A stretch of DNA of 64,000 bases from the human T2T-CHM13v2.0 reference genome, Homo sapiens: NCBI RefSeq assembly GCF_009914755.1, contig NC_060925.1; one strand, 5' to 3'. The position numbers and the translations under genes are program-made. This document shows, piece after piece, positions 28,100 through 40,904 of this stretch. A model generated the notes under the pieces. The model searched no databases. It saw nothing but the letters and a program-made list of their open reading frames with translations, and was not told where the DNA came from. Numbering within the stretch: the stretch's first letter is position 1; each line of letters opens with the position of its first letter.

Positions 28100-28300
28100 T
28101 AATTGAGCATGGTACTAAATGCTTCAACATGCATCACAGACTTAATCATTGCAGAGGCCCTGTGTGGTTAAGCATTTTATAAATAAAAAACAAACAAACA
28201 GTAGCATCGACAGGTTAAGTAATTTGCCTGAGGTTGCACAGCTCATGAATAAACCCCAAGCCCATATAAATCAAAAGGTGTTAACCACTATGCTGTAACT
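28100..28300 (-). mobile_element. MIR
   Basis: aggttaagtaatttgcctgaggttgcacagct...ttaaccactatgctg. Confidence 0.75.
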
Positions 28301-28904
28301 GATTTTTACGAGCCACACTGGCTTCAATTGCCAAATTTCTGAAGAACATATCCCTTCATTCCCACTCCAGCTTATCTATCTTCATAACACCTCCTGTACA
28401 TCACTTTTATCTTCTTCTTATATGACTTTTTAAAAATTACATTTGGGTTGCTTTCAGAATTATTCCTGATGTTTTGTTTGGGCAATATCTCCCGCCACTT
28501 CTAGGGAAACTGACAGAAAAGTGTTCAGTCAGCAGAGGCCAGTTCTTTATCCCTAGGAGCTTGTCTATAATTTTGCATTATAATTTTGAATTATGTTCTC
28601 AAAGTGGCACCTTTAATTCTATTTTGGGCCTCCAAAGAGCCAGATGCACCTTGACTATGGAAAGCAACTGCTCAAAAAGTCATAGAGGGATAGACAATGG
28701 CAGGTGGAGAATACCTCATGCTGCCTCTGAAATTGAGGGTCCACAAAAGGAACATAAAAGACAAAACAGGAATGAAGTGGAGGTCAAAAAGTACTAAACT
28801 CTCTTAAGTAGGAATGAGGAAGAGAAAAATAGTCATAACAAAAGAGATATAAAACAGAAAAAGTCCGTACTGAAGATCAAAAACTAATGAAAAGAACAAG
28901 GTAA

Positions 28905-29060
28905 GATTCCTTCAACAAATTTGCATTGAGCACCTACTGTCTTCTAGAACTGGAATATAGAAATAAACAAGAGAGGCAAACTCCTTGTCCTCCTGTGGAG
29001 TCTATAGTTTATTGGGAAAAATAGATATGGACCAATTGTCTGTAAAGCTTGAAGAGTGTT
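28905..29060 (-). mobile_element. L2 3' end
   Basis: ttcaacaaatttgcattgagcacctactg...aataaacaaga...gtctatagttta. Confidence 0.75.
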
Positions 29061-29504
29061 TAGGGTGTTTTTAAGCTCTGCGAAGCACTTTAGTTGCTGA
29101 AAACTGAAGGGCTAGCACAACTTGTCTAGGAAAAGATTAGTAGAATAAAGAAGTAAAACTAATGCATGAAAAATGTCAAAGAAAAGTCTTAACAATGTTC
29201 TTTATCTCCTTATGTTTTGACTAGCCTAGTTCAGTAGGAAGTTCATGTTTCCACCATATTTCATTGCTCTGTTTTTGGACCATTTTGTACAGAGTACTCT
29301 GAAGTCTGTTTAGGGATCATGCTCTATGACAACTTGGAAAAGAAGATGGTGTGTCTGTATATTTTTTTCTTTTGCCATTGAGATGTTTGACATATTTGGG
29401 TGCACAATAAGCAAACACAGATGTGATTGAAGCAAAATAACACAAGGAAGTAATGATGAAAAGCTGAAAATGAAAAGGCCATGCAGCGTATTTCACAAAT
29501 GATT

Positions 29505-29650
29505 TGAACACCAGAGGTCAGACCATATCAATCCTATGGTTATGCTCCCAAATGAATATCATATTACAGGAAATACACATTGGAGAAGAATTAAAAAGGT
29601 GCACAAGGTGGTAACCAAGATCTGAAAGTCTTGGTATGCAACAGGGTTAG
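29505..29650 (+). mobile_element. L3/CR1 fragment
   Basis: ggtcagaccatatc...ttggagaagaatt...ggtaaccaagatctgaaa resembles CR1 RT C-terminal region. Confidence 0.4.
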
Positions 29651-30789
29651 TGACTGAGCTCCGTGGAAGGAAGAGCTGGTCGTACAGTGGTGTTCCTCAT
29701 TCTGAGACTCAGAAGACCTGCAGTTCCATGGTTGGGAAAAAAGATAGATGCAAGACCAAAAATTCCAATGAACTACATCTGAAGCAATGCCATTACACAT
29801 AAAGTAATTTGGGAAGTAGGCTCCTAAAGTCATCAGGAAATGCTCCACATATGCACATACTAACAGAGAATTGGGAAGAGGAAGTGACTGAGTACAAGAA
29901 GCAGCAAAGTTGGGAATGGGAAGAGAGAGCTCAGCTGTCTTGATTTCTCCAGAATGCCTTTTTAACATCTCAGACAGTGAAGTGGAGAATGCATACAGGG
30001 CTGTTACTAACGTCACCTACTCTTCACGGCAAATGAAAAATGTCACCACTTGGCAACTAAGAAAGCTGGCAAGTAAAATGGGGGAACAGAAAGTGATCAA
30101 CAAGAAATTTACCATGAAACCAACAGAAAATGCCTGGTAACTTAGCAAAGACTTATTTTCCTAAGCTATGAAAATAATTTTTCTATGGTATAGCTAGGAG
30201 AATTGCCTAAAAGTCTTAGAAACGCCCGGTGATTTACTGACTGACCTCGTTACCTCCCCTCTGCTCCTGTCCTCTGCATAAATTGTCCTACTTATCAGAT
30301 AATGTTTGGGGAACTCTTTCCAGCAGCTGTCTATTAGCTATCTTCAAAAATTCTCTCCTTAGGCCACAGAAGTGGGTACTGAGGCATTACTGCTCTAAAT
30401 GATATTCCTTAATAGAAAACATTGTTTTTCTATTCATTCCTTCATTCGCTCATCACATATGCTATAAGTGCTCTCTGCACACCTCATGCCATGTTTAGAG
30501 GCAGATCTGGAAAAGATGACTCCACGTCTCCACTTTTGCACAATGGACTTTCTGATTATCTCAAGGAGAGGGAGTAGATGATGCTATAAATGAATATTCT
30601 AGGGTGCTCTAACCTCGTACACAGCTTCAGTGAATGCAAATTGTTATCGTAGTCTTAGTGGCTTTGTTTCTAAACTACCTCAGGCTGGCTGGTCACCATA
30701 ACTTTGGTCCTGACAGATGGATACAGGACTAACTGCAGGGTTTCAAGTATATTCAGAGTATAAAGCCAAAAACAAAAAATGCAAGAAAA

Positions 30790-30972
30790 AAGCATCATCA
30801 ATGTATGTTAGACAAATAGTAAAAATATTATGCCATTATTTTTTCTCATTCTAGTGGAATATTCAATTTCTTATTTTGTATTTGTAATTCTGTGTTCCTT
30901 CTTAAAACAAGCTCCTTCCCCTGTCCACAGCTGTATATGCTTTAGGCCCCACAAAACTTAAATTTGCCCTTG
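30790..30972 (-). mobile_element. hAT-Tip100 (Zaphod/MER115-like) terminal fragment
   Basis: Reverse reads agggcaaatttaagttttgtggggcctaaagcatata...aattacaaatacaaaat...tagaatgagaaaa. Confidence 0.6.
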
Positions 30973-31916
30973 GTGGAGAGATGTGAATTCTTCTTTATAT
31001 GTTCTGCTGTTATCTAGCTGTGACTACTAGGGTTGGTCAGCAAATTTATTTATTTATTTATGGTTGTTGTTACTATTATCATTTTTTAAAAGGGGAAAAA
31101 ATCCTTGTTTCTTTATTTTAAATTTTTCCCTCTTATTTCCTGTCAACAAAAACCCCAAATATTTTCCCAGTAACAGAAACCAGAAATCTGGGAGTCAGTC
31201 TGGTCCCTTAACCTGTCAAAGCCAAACCAATGTATGATTCTTTTGATTTTGACTTCCATATCTCTCTCAATTTCATATCCTTTCCTTCATCCACCTCCAC
31301 TCTTGTGACCACTGTACAAGTTACCATCACTCAAAACACTCCTAGGTTCTAAACAATCACAGTGAACTTGTAGGAGATACATTTTACAAACTTTCTGCAA
31401 AATGTTCCAATAATTTATACTAAGTATCTTCAGGTCATTTTGTTTTATTTTAAAAATCTTATTTCTTTCAATATTTATTTATTATTTTACCTCATGTTTC
31501 TTTTAAACTTACATAACTTTTAAACTTACATATTTTCAATGAATGGTATTGGTGAGTTTTAGAAAACGTTAAGCAGTGGAAATATACTTGTCATGGTAAA
31601 ATTCATTCTAGTTAAGGGATCATTTACAAACCCTCCAGCCCTCCCTACTTCAGCTTGGTAGTGCATCTACTACAGCAGTTCAGCCTCAAAGGTCATCTGT
31701 GGGACTTCTATTGATGTTTGGCTCTGGAATTCCTTTTTATCTTTCATATATTTAAGCCCTGAGTTGCTACCTAATCTAAAATTCCCTCAAGTGGACATTG
31801 AGTTATCTATCTCCTTATAGTTCTCATTGGACCTAGTACTGAAACACTGTAAGTCCTTACTAAGTATTTGTGAATTTGTTCAATTTATTTGAATTATGAG
31901 ATTTTGCACTGGTAAC

Positions 31917-32610
31917 CATCCATCCATCCACCCATTTATCCATCCATCCATCCATTTAACAAACATTAATTAAATGCCTATCTGTGCCACTATGGATGCC
32001 TAGAGTGGGAACAAATGAAAGCTGGGCTGTTCTGGTGGAAGTGGGCTGGAGGACCTGGAGTCCGGCCTAGCTAACTTCCTCCCGGTAGCATTTGAAGCTT
32101 ACATCTGTGGATAGGTGTGAGCCATGTGTGCCAGGCACTATCCCCACAACCTCACTCTGCCAGGTACTTCCTAGGCCATGTGCTGGCGATACAACAGTTA
32201 ACACTATACAGTGCCTTCCCTCCAAAAGCTCACATTGTCATGGGCAAGACCAGGAGGTAATGAGACAAACCGTAATGACTTCGCCTAAAGAAGCTAAAGA
32301 AGTTACACAGTGGGGATATCTTTTGAGCTAGGTCTTGAAGAATGAGGGAACCATCCAGCAGGCATATAAAGTGGGGAAGCACTCCTAGGATAGGAATTGG
32401 CATCAGCAAGGGCATAGTGGTGTGCAAGCACATGCCAGTGAAGACAAGAGGGGGCTTCTGTGGCTCCAACATAGCACACATGGAGGTGGAGCAGAGGTGT
32501 CACAGCAATGGGATACTGTAGAGCTTTGTTGACTATCCTGAATGCAACCAGCAGCCACCATCGCTTTTAAATGGGGAGATGTGATCAGCCTTGCATTTCA
32601 AAGCTAATAT
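31917..32610 (-). mobile_element. L2 with (CCAT)n-expanded tail
   Basis: ccatccatcc...aacaaacattaattaaatgccta...tttgagctaggtcttgaagaatg...tgtgcaag. Confidence 0.7.
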
Positions 32611-33779
32611 AGAAAACACCTTGCTGGTTCTGAGCCTCCAGAGCAGGAATCCTATACCCAGATTCCAAAATGATTTGTCACTTGGTATATAACTGTGGAT
32701 GTCTGCCAGATGACTCATAGAAGCCGCTATCACAGACCCATCCCTCTGATATTAATTGTACTTAATCTGAACTGTGAAACTCCAATAGTGTTGAGGAACG
32801 AGAAAGAAAACATGTTTGAAACATAACTCTCTTATTTTAAAAGTTTTCAAAGAAAGTAAGAATTCTGGACAAGGAACTACAATATTCACTGTCTTTCTCT
32901 AACTGTACATTTCTTCTAAACAATTTTCTGAGATTTCTCCATTGATTAAAGTTAGGACTTCACTGTGGGAACCCTAGAGTTTTAGACAAACATAGATTAC
33001 GCTTTGGATAATGCTGTGCACAGTGAGATGGAATATGCCTACTTTTGTGTATCTAAAAATGATTAAGAAGTTCTGTCCTGAATGTGAAAGCCAGAATGAA
33101 ATGATACACATTAGGCACAAAGCAAAGAAGTAAAGTACCACCTGGAGAGCAAAAAATATGGGTTTTGACATGGGCATATCTGTAGGTCTATCAAAAATAT
33201 GATAAGGCAGAAAAAGCTGCTTGCATTAAGATCCATGTCTCTGAATTCTCCCAGAATCCAGGCACAGTCAAGTGTGGGGAGATTGGCACTTCCCTAGGGA
33301 GGTCTTCTAGGCAGAATGAGCAGAAACGTTAATCATTAACTCCAATGCGAACCCGTGTGTTAAGAGTTCATATTTGTAAATGTTTTTTGATCCTCAGTTA
33401 AGCTGTTTCATATACCAGCACTCCCTAGGTAACTCCAAAACTTTTTCTTTTTTTTTTTTTTCAGTTGAGACCTTGAGTGGGGGAGGAGGTTGTGTTTGGG
33501 GAGAGAGTTAGAGCTTCTCTGCACCTGGGAAAATGCTAATTCCTGTTTTTAAGAAAATAGGCTAAGAAAAGGCTCAAGGGAGTCTAGGACATCAAAGAAC
33601 TCTTTTAAAACAACTTTTTTTGACGATTTAAATGAAAATGAGGCAGACATATATGGAGTAAATTTCCCCTTAAAGCAGCCTGAGGTTTAAAGATTAAGGG
33701 GGAAAGAGATGGAGGTAAAATGTATTGGGGGTTTATTATCAGAGTTTCAACTACCCAGACTGAGTGCATTAACCCATGA

Positions 33780-33910
33780 TGCGTCCATGTGCACTCCCAT
33801 ATGTGTGCTTGCATGCAGACGTGCGCACACGTGTGCCCCACGGCCGTGAGACAGTCCCTCCGTAGCTGATGATTTATGCAGCTTGCCAGAAGAGAAGTAG
33901 GCCACGCCAG
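33780..33910. promoter_or_regulatory. Candidate enhancer (CpG and motif cluster)
   Basis: 8 CpGs in ~125 bp of unique sequence; CACGTG, TGCRCNC, TGATTTATG motifs. Confidence 0.35.
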
Positions 33911-36034
33911 CCTTGAAAGCACTTTAGTTTGGTTGTTTTTACTCATGAAGGACATGTTGTCCTGTAATTACTCTGTCATTTCTTAAGAGGTGAAATTCTT
34001 AACAGGTTTGTGCTTTATGTGTTGCTGTGAGTGTTCTTGTCAGAGCACATCTAACCACGTTGGAATCCCCATTCCATATGGCCTTTATGGGGAACAAAGA
34101 GAAACTGGACATTTTAACATGTATTAAAGCATCTAGGAGAAAAAAAGCATGAGTCAAGGAGGACATAGATAAGGTGCAGAAAAATTGCAAACAACGTTCC
34201 TGTTACCTCTTCAGGCTTCAAAATACCTATGAAATAAATACTTCGTCATTAACTTCTTTTTTGTTCCATTTCTCTCTCTGTCAACAAACAAGTATAACAT
34301 TTTGTATCTGCATGTGATAACAAAATAGGGTAGGGTAAAAATAGCTAATGTTTAACTCAAAGGAAAAAATGAAAAACATACAACTCTAACTAATGTAAAT
34401 GTTAAAGTTACATTTTAATACTTAAGAGAATGTAAAAGGAGAGATGCTGGAATTGATCAAGTTAGTTATTTGTTCTGTGTACTACTGATAAATGTTCCAA
34501 GGTTAGTGAATTAAAAAAAAAGAAAAGTTTGAGAGCCTCAAATAATTAAGAATTTTACTGTTTCAAAGATCAAATGCAATAGGAATGTAATTCATTTTTT
34601 TCTATACCAAAATTAATCCGTCAGTTTGAAAAGTCTAGCACTGTGAAATGTTATAGGGCATTTCTGAGCCAAGTCAGAACGAACATTTTAGCAGGCTTAT
34701 CATCAGCTTAAGAATGATGTTCTAATTTCATAAATTGTAAAAAAAAGCCTTGCCTTCTTTAAGTCCATAGGAAAGTCAGATCAATAGGTGAAATGTCTGC
34801 TTTGTATGATTAAGAAAGCGGAAGTCTAACCTCGGTGTATGATATAGGCAATTACTTTCTAGTGAGTTCTCAAGGCTAGGTCTCCTCCTGAGGTTCTTAA
34901 ACTGTAATCATCAAACATAGTTACTTTTCATTTGGACCCAGCCCATAGCAACACAGCCATTTATCATTCCATCAGCTACCTGCTCTCTGCTGGGGCATTT
35001 TAGTAATCAAGCTCTCTGTCTTGTCCCCTCACCTGCACACTAGTGCTCAGAAATCTCTGTTAACTTGAACTTTTGAAAACATAACGCATAATGATCATGG
35101 AAGTCAATGCTGAGATTCAGCCAGTGCACAATGGGTTACAGCCACCGTGCTTATGTTTGGAGTCTTTTCTGATGGTGGCATCATCTTTGTTACTCAGTGC
35201 TCATGAAAAATTGATTTTTACATATTTTGAATATTATCCTTGAATGGATGCATAGTGATTGCTATCCTAAATTCTTCAGGTCAATGTCACTTCTCAATTA
35301 ATGCTGTCACTGACTTAGTTAAGGGTCTTGTGATAGTTTGCCAAGGCTATTGCAAAAGGCCCTGATACACCATGAGGCCAGGAGCGTTTGCCATAGGATA
35401 TAGGCCGGATGAGATATGTCTAGGTAGGCAAGACTGCCCAAGCCTCTGCTGTCATGATAGATTTAGAACCTTCAAGGAAAACAAAATACACACAGAAAGA
35501 TTCAGAGAAGACAGAAACTAAGAAGGGAGTTTTGGTTCAAGAAAGATGGGCTAATGTCAGAGGAGAGATGATTCTGAAGTTGACAGTGTGTCTACTCAGG
35601 AAGTCTCCCAGCCAATCTTGTAGCCTTTTGCCTGAGTTTCAGGACAAAGTGAATGCAGGTGAAAATCAAAAATTAATTTCACCTCGATCTTGGCAGGACT
35701 TTGGAAGTGTAGCCCTTGGCAGCATTGACTTCAGTACTTTCTCTAGCCAGAAGAGGTATCCTTAGCAGACACCTCAGTTCCATCAAAACCTTGATGTATA
35801 TGCCAGTGGGTGTCCGCAGAAGCAGCATCCCCCTAGGCTCCTTGACAGTAGGTTAGCAACAAAACAGCCTGTTTGGATATTGAGAGCCATGGTCATGGGA
35901 TCCATGACCATAGAAAGCCAGTGTCCTAATACATCCATTTATTGATTCCAATCAATACTGAGTTCTTACTAACTAAGAATAAGGGATTAAGAATATAGTA
36001 ATATAGCAAAACAACAATACCTGCCTTTTTGACC

Positions 36035-36273
36035 ATTAACCACAGTAAAAAATACATTTTCTATCCCAATCCAGTACACATGCATATATGTGTACATATA
36101 CCACCATGTATATTGAAACAATGCTAACCCTTGCCATGCATACTCTGATGTATTCTGTATTTACAGATATTTTCTATTATGCCATATTTTATTTAAAAAG
36201 ATACAATGGTCAGTCCTGCTAAATTGATTTATGTATCATTAATGGTCTGTGACCCACGGTTTGAAAAACACTT
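36035..36273 (+). mobile_element. Charlie4-type hAT fragment
   Basis: ctaaattgattt...taatggtctgtgacccacggtttgaaaaacac terminus. Confidence 0.65.
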
Positions 36274-36299
36274 CTCTAACAGGGACTGAAGCTGTTATA

Positions 36300-36460
36300 T
36301 CCAATGTTTATTAAGCATTTACTACAGTGCTAGGCACTGTTCTAAGTATATTACATGTATTAACTTATTTAGTCCTCATAACTTAACCATGTTCACTCAG
36401 TAAGTGGAGGAAGCAGGATTTTCCAGACAGTCTTAAAATTCTACACACTTAACCAGGGAG
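36300..36460 (-). mobile_element. MIR
   Basis: tttattaagcatttac...aggcactgttctaag...ttagtcctcataac. Confidence 0.75.
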
Positions 36461-36644
36461 GAAGGAAACAGTGAATATTACAGAATAACTAAAGGGACAA
36501 GACACCTTTAAAGACTCCCAGATCTAATTAGGAAACAAATTTAGGGCAGAGTTTTCTATGAACAATCAAGAAAATGATGCCTTACGAGTGTTATATGATG
36601 CTTTTGCCTTATAACAGTGCTATGGCTGGAAAACACAGGCGACA

Positions 36645-37200
36645 CCCCACTCCATCCCTGCTTCTTCTAGAATTGAGTTCTTTCAATGCAAATTGATCTT
36701 TTCATCCTCCGACTTCAAAATCTTCAGTGAATCTCCAGGGCTCACTTGGAAAATTCCATTCGCCTTAGCATGGAGTGTGTATTCCTTTGTGCGCCACCCC
36801 TGACTACATATTTAGCCTCAATTTTCATCACTCCCCACAGGAATCTACATTGCAACCAGGCCTCGGTATCTGCTAAGCATAAACAAGCTATGGCCTTTCC
36901 TGTTTCTGTACTTCCGTATATGTGCTTGGTCTTTGTATACGTTCTTTCCCCCGCCTAGCATTCCCTTCTCATATTCTCCACTGGTTGCTTCCTACTCACT
37001 CTTCAAGAACTTGTTGACTTTTTGGTGAAGCTTTCTTTAGCTCCCTCCCAGTCGCCTGGCACAATTAAGTGGTATCTCTTGCTGTTTTACAGCCCCTTAT
37101 ATAGACCTCTATTATCTCACGTATTACCTGACATTATCATGATGGTTTGCCTAATCAATTTTCTGAAAGCAGAGCTTATGCCATATCACCTTCTTGCTAC
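36645..37200 (+). mobile_element. L2
   Basis: atgcaaattgatc...aaaatcttcagtg...ccttagcatgg...cctactcactcttcaag. Confidence 0.7.
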
Positions 37201-37604
37201 TCAAGAGGAGGACTTGGGGATTTTCTTTTAAAACACTAATAAAAAATCCACACCATAGGGGAAAAAATATTGTTTTCATGCTCCTTATTGTTCCAAGAAC
37301 TACTCTAATAGCTGAGAGCCATGAGTCTAGTCACATTGGGCTGCAGCTAGAACAGGAAATGTCTATTGGAAGTAACATAGTATGCTTGGAGGCAGAAGCC
37401 AGGCCAAATTAAAGCATCTTAGAGAAGCCTGGAATTTAAACACTGGAGAGAACAATTCAATAATTGAGGGAGTATGTCACAGGGTTTTATAAAAGGGCTC
37501 AGTCTCAGTATTGAGTAATGGAATGTTGCTTAGCAATTGCCAGGATTATCCATGACATCTATTGCTCACATTTACAGAAATGGGTTAAGCAGATTACATT
37601 TCTA

Positions 37605-37865
37605 TAAAATATAAGGATTTCTAAATATAAACACAAATGTCATAAAAGAAAGCATTAATAAATATAAATTTATAAAAATTAAAAAGTTCTCCACATTTAA
37701 AAGCATAATAAAGAGAAAACAATAGGAGGATGAGAAAATTTTTTTTAACATATTTGATGTATATCTTTAATATACAAAGAGCCTTTACAAATCAATAAGA
37801 CAATATAATCCTCCCAACAGGAAAATATAGAAAAACAATTTACAAATAATAAATAAATACACACA
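37605..37865 (+). mobile_element. L1M ORF2 3' fragment
   Basis: cataaaagaaagcattaataaat...aaaattaaaaagttct...tacaaatcaataaga. Confidence 0.6.
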
Positions 37866-37870
37866 TATTC

Positions 37871-38206
37871 TGTGTCAGTCAGAGTTTAACCACTGAAGAA
37901 TAACCAGTATGAGATACATATTAAGATATTGACTGTGGGGACTTGGCTTACATGATTGTATGTCTGAAATCCATCACGTGGGTCCTCAGGAAAGGTAGAC
38001 TGAAGCTGTCCATAGGTGAAGTTTCCTCTTCAGGAAACAGCTATGCTCTTAAGTCCTCTTAATGATTGAATCAGGCCCACCTAGATTACCTCAAATAATC
38101 TCCCTTCCTTAAAGGCAACTGATTATGGACTTTAATCACTTCTCAAAATATCTTCACAGCAACATCACAGTTTAATGTGTCAAGTTAACACAACAAAAAT
38201 CGTACT
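37871..38206 (-). mobile_element. MLT2 (MLT2D-like) 3' LTR of an ERVL provirus
   Basis: gattgaatcaggcccacc...aactgattatggactttaatcac...cttcacagcaaca...caagttaacaca; ERVL polypurine-tract-like sequence adjacent at ~38207-38226. Confidence 0.85.
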
Positions 38207-38494
38207 GTCTATCCCTTGAAAACTTGACAGTTATACACATTTTCCTAAACCATATTTAATCTCCAAGCAGAAAAAAAAGTCATATATTTCTACCTAACCT
38301 GAAACAATTATCTTTCATATAACTGAAAACACAGTAACCTTTTCACCAGAAAAGGATGCAAAGTTTTTTGGGAGTTGTTCCTTCTTTTTTTATATCCAGT
38401 AACTTAAATAATGTGATATAAAGTTAACTATTATTAATACATCTTATATTAAATGATGGGGGATAAGAAAAAAAGAAATCAAAATGTCATTTAC

Positions 38495-38525
<31 letters not shown>

Positions 38526-40300
38526 AATACATACACACACTCATATGCCCACATACAAACATATTCATAACAAAATAAGGAAGAAATACTTACAACATTT
38601 ACAGTCATTGTTTCTGCAATTGGTCACACACTTGTAGCTGATATTTGTAACTGCCTTCTCCCACTAGGCACTCCGTATTCCCTTTTCCTTCAGCAGCACC
38701 TCTGATGGTCATGGTTGTTTGCCTGGTGGAGTGATCCAAACCTTCCTTTCTGAAGAGTCTGGGCCACTCTCAGGTTTGTTATAGTTTTCCATTGGCTTTA
38801 ATCACAGGACATGGGAGTACTAGGAGATGCCAACCTAAGGGCCTCCTGCATTCTAAACATAGTGTCCGTTACCTCCATTGTGGAGTAGCAGTTTAATTTC
38901 CCCTTGATGATTAGGACTGATAATCCCAGCCAGTACAGTAACTCTCTTCTTTGCCTGTGAACTCAGAGACATGAGGAGCTTACAATGGTCAGGTAATAGC
39001 TTCAATTTCCAGATCAATGGAATCATTGTGATGTCTTCTGGTAGAAGCACTCCTAACTTTGGAACTAAGACTTCTAGATCAACAATGCAAAAGTTCAGGG
39101 GGATGGCAAGCAAAACTCCTGATAGTGGCTTCCCAGGAGTAAGAGTGAGTGGAGTCATTTTCATCCCTTGATTTTCTCGTTTTCGCCCCTTGATTCCTGG
39201 ACCCATGAATCCTGGCTATGGGAGAAGCAGCACCATACACTAGATGCAGATTTACAGCACATACAGCCTCCTGGAGGAAAGTACTTCAGTCCTGGAAGGT
39301 GTCGCCATGTAGTTGGTGCTGTCTCTGAATTTCCAAAAGGCCATTCCAATATTCTATGAAGCAGCTACTTCAGGATGCTGAGGAACATGGTAAGATCAGT
39401 GAATTTCATGAACGTGGACCCATTACTGCACTTTATTTGCATGAAGTAAATTTCTTAATCAGAAGCAATGCTAGATGGAATACTGTGATGGCAAAAAAGG
39501 CATTCTGTATGTCCACTGATGGTAGTTTTGGCAGAAACACTGTATGCAGGGAAGGAAAATCCACACCCAGAGTAAGTGTCCATTCCAGTAAGAACAAAGC
39601 ATTGCCTCTTCCATGATAAACGCAATCCAATGCTGTCATACCACTACATTGCTGGCTGATCACTGCTGGGAATGGTGCTGTATCAGGGACTCGGTATTGG
39701 TTTGTTTTCCAGCAGACTGGGCACTCAGCAGTGGCTGTAGTCAGTCCAGTCTTGGTGAGTGGAAGTCCATGTTACTGAGCACTTTCATAACCTCCATCCC
39801 TGCCACCATGGCCACTTTGCCCATGAGCGCATTCCGTAATGACAGTACTGGCCGGGGAAAGAAGCTGACTGGTATCCAGAGAACAGACCGTCCTGTCCAC
39901 TTGATTATCAAAATCCTCCTATGCTGAGGTCACCCTTTGATTAGCATTCATATGGGACACAGATATCTTTACACTCTTTGCCATCAAAAAGGTTTTTCCA
40001 CATACCTCTTTCCCAAACCTCTTTGTTACCAATTTTATAATCATTTTGTTTCCAAACCATTGGCCACAGATCATATATCTGTATAGACTCTTACCTCTGG
40101 TTATTTCCTTTGCCAGTGTGTCTCCAGGTGCTGTGTTTGAAGTTCTGCCCACTGGGAGAAATTTCCTTCACTGCCGTCTTTCAAGGATGTCCAGAAAGGG
40201 GCTGCACTGCTGTTGCTGTCCACTTTTGAATGGTGCCTGAATATTGTGCAGAAACATCTGTAAATCAGGCCCAAGTTTTATCTTCCTCAGTCAACTAGTT
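38207..40300 (-). mobile_element. ERVL internal region (RNase H, integrase, dUTPase), 5'-truncated
   Basis: Reverse at ~40295 reads LTEEDKTWA*FTD, similar to ERVL RNase H LTEEEKTRAWFTDGS; integrase remnants; dUTPase-like ORF. Confidence 0.9.
38853..39206 (-). pseudogene. Degenerate ERVL dUTPase reading frame
   Basis: LEVLVPKLGVLLPEDITMIPLIWKLKLLP...AKKRVTVLAGIISPNHQGEIKLLLHNGG aligns with HERV-L dUTPase (LEVLVPEGG...GVTVLAGVIDPDYQGEIGLLLHNGG). Confidence 0.85.
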
Positions 40301-40410
40301 GCGTGTGTGTGTGTGTGTGTGCGCGTGCGCGCGTGCACATGCACTTGGGGGAAGGTGTATATATTTGTGTGTGTGTGTGTGTGTGTGTATAAATATATAT
40401 ATATATATGT
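40301..40410. repeat. (TG)n(CG)n and (TG)n(TA)n compound microsatellites
   Basis: Directly visible. Confidence 0.93.
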
Positions 40411-40904
40411 CTATATCTACTCATCCTCATTTAAAATAAGTTAGTATACAACAACAAAAAAAATAAGTTTAAGCAGTTATGCTGCATCTTTCCAGGCAGC
40501 TAAGGTTAGCATGCATATAAAAACTGTGTATTCAAATTCTTTAAGTCTCATAAAGTGCAATAGTATGTACAGTATTATTTCTCGGTAAGCTTAACACAGT
40601 CAATTTTTTCTCTTCCACTAGAATAGATCATTTCTTTGGTTGCTCATCAGATAATTAGCTTGCCAGGAAAGGAGCTAAGACCATGTTACAAGATTTACAT
40701 ATAGATATCTAAACACCACAGAAACAACAGCAAAGCAAGTTACTCACCAAATGACAGCCAAGAGGGAACTAAGACCTTTAGATAGAAGAGTAAATGTCTA
40801 CCCCTCTCATCTCATGAGCTAAATAAATAAACAAGCCAATCAGCCAACCAACCCAGAGTAAGGATTATTTTCAAAGTCAATACAAAACTCTATTTCAACA
40901 CTAA

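Noticed and set aside
29591-30016. Longest ORF (141 aa, minus strand)
   Set aside because: Non-ATG start, no domain similarity, partly overlaps a probable L3 remnant.
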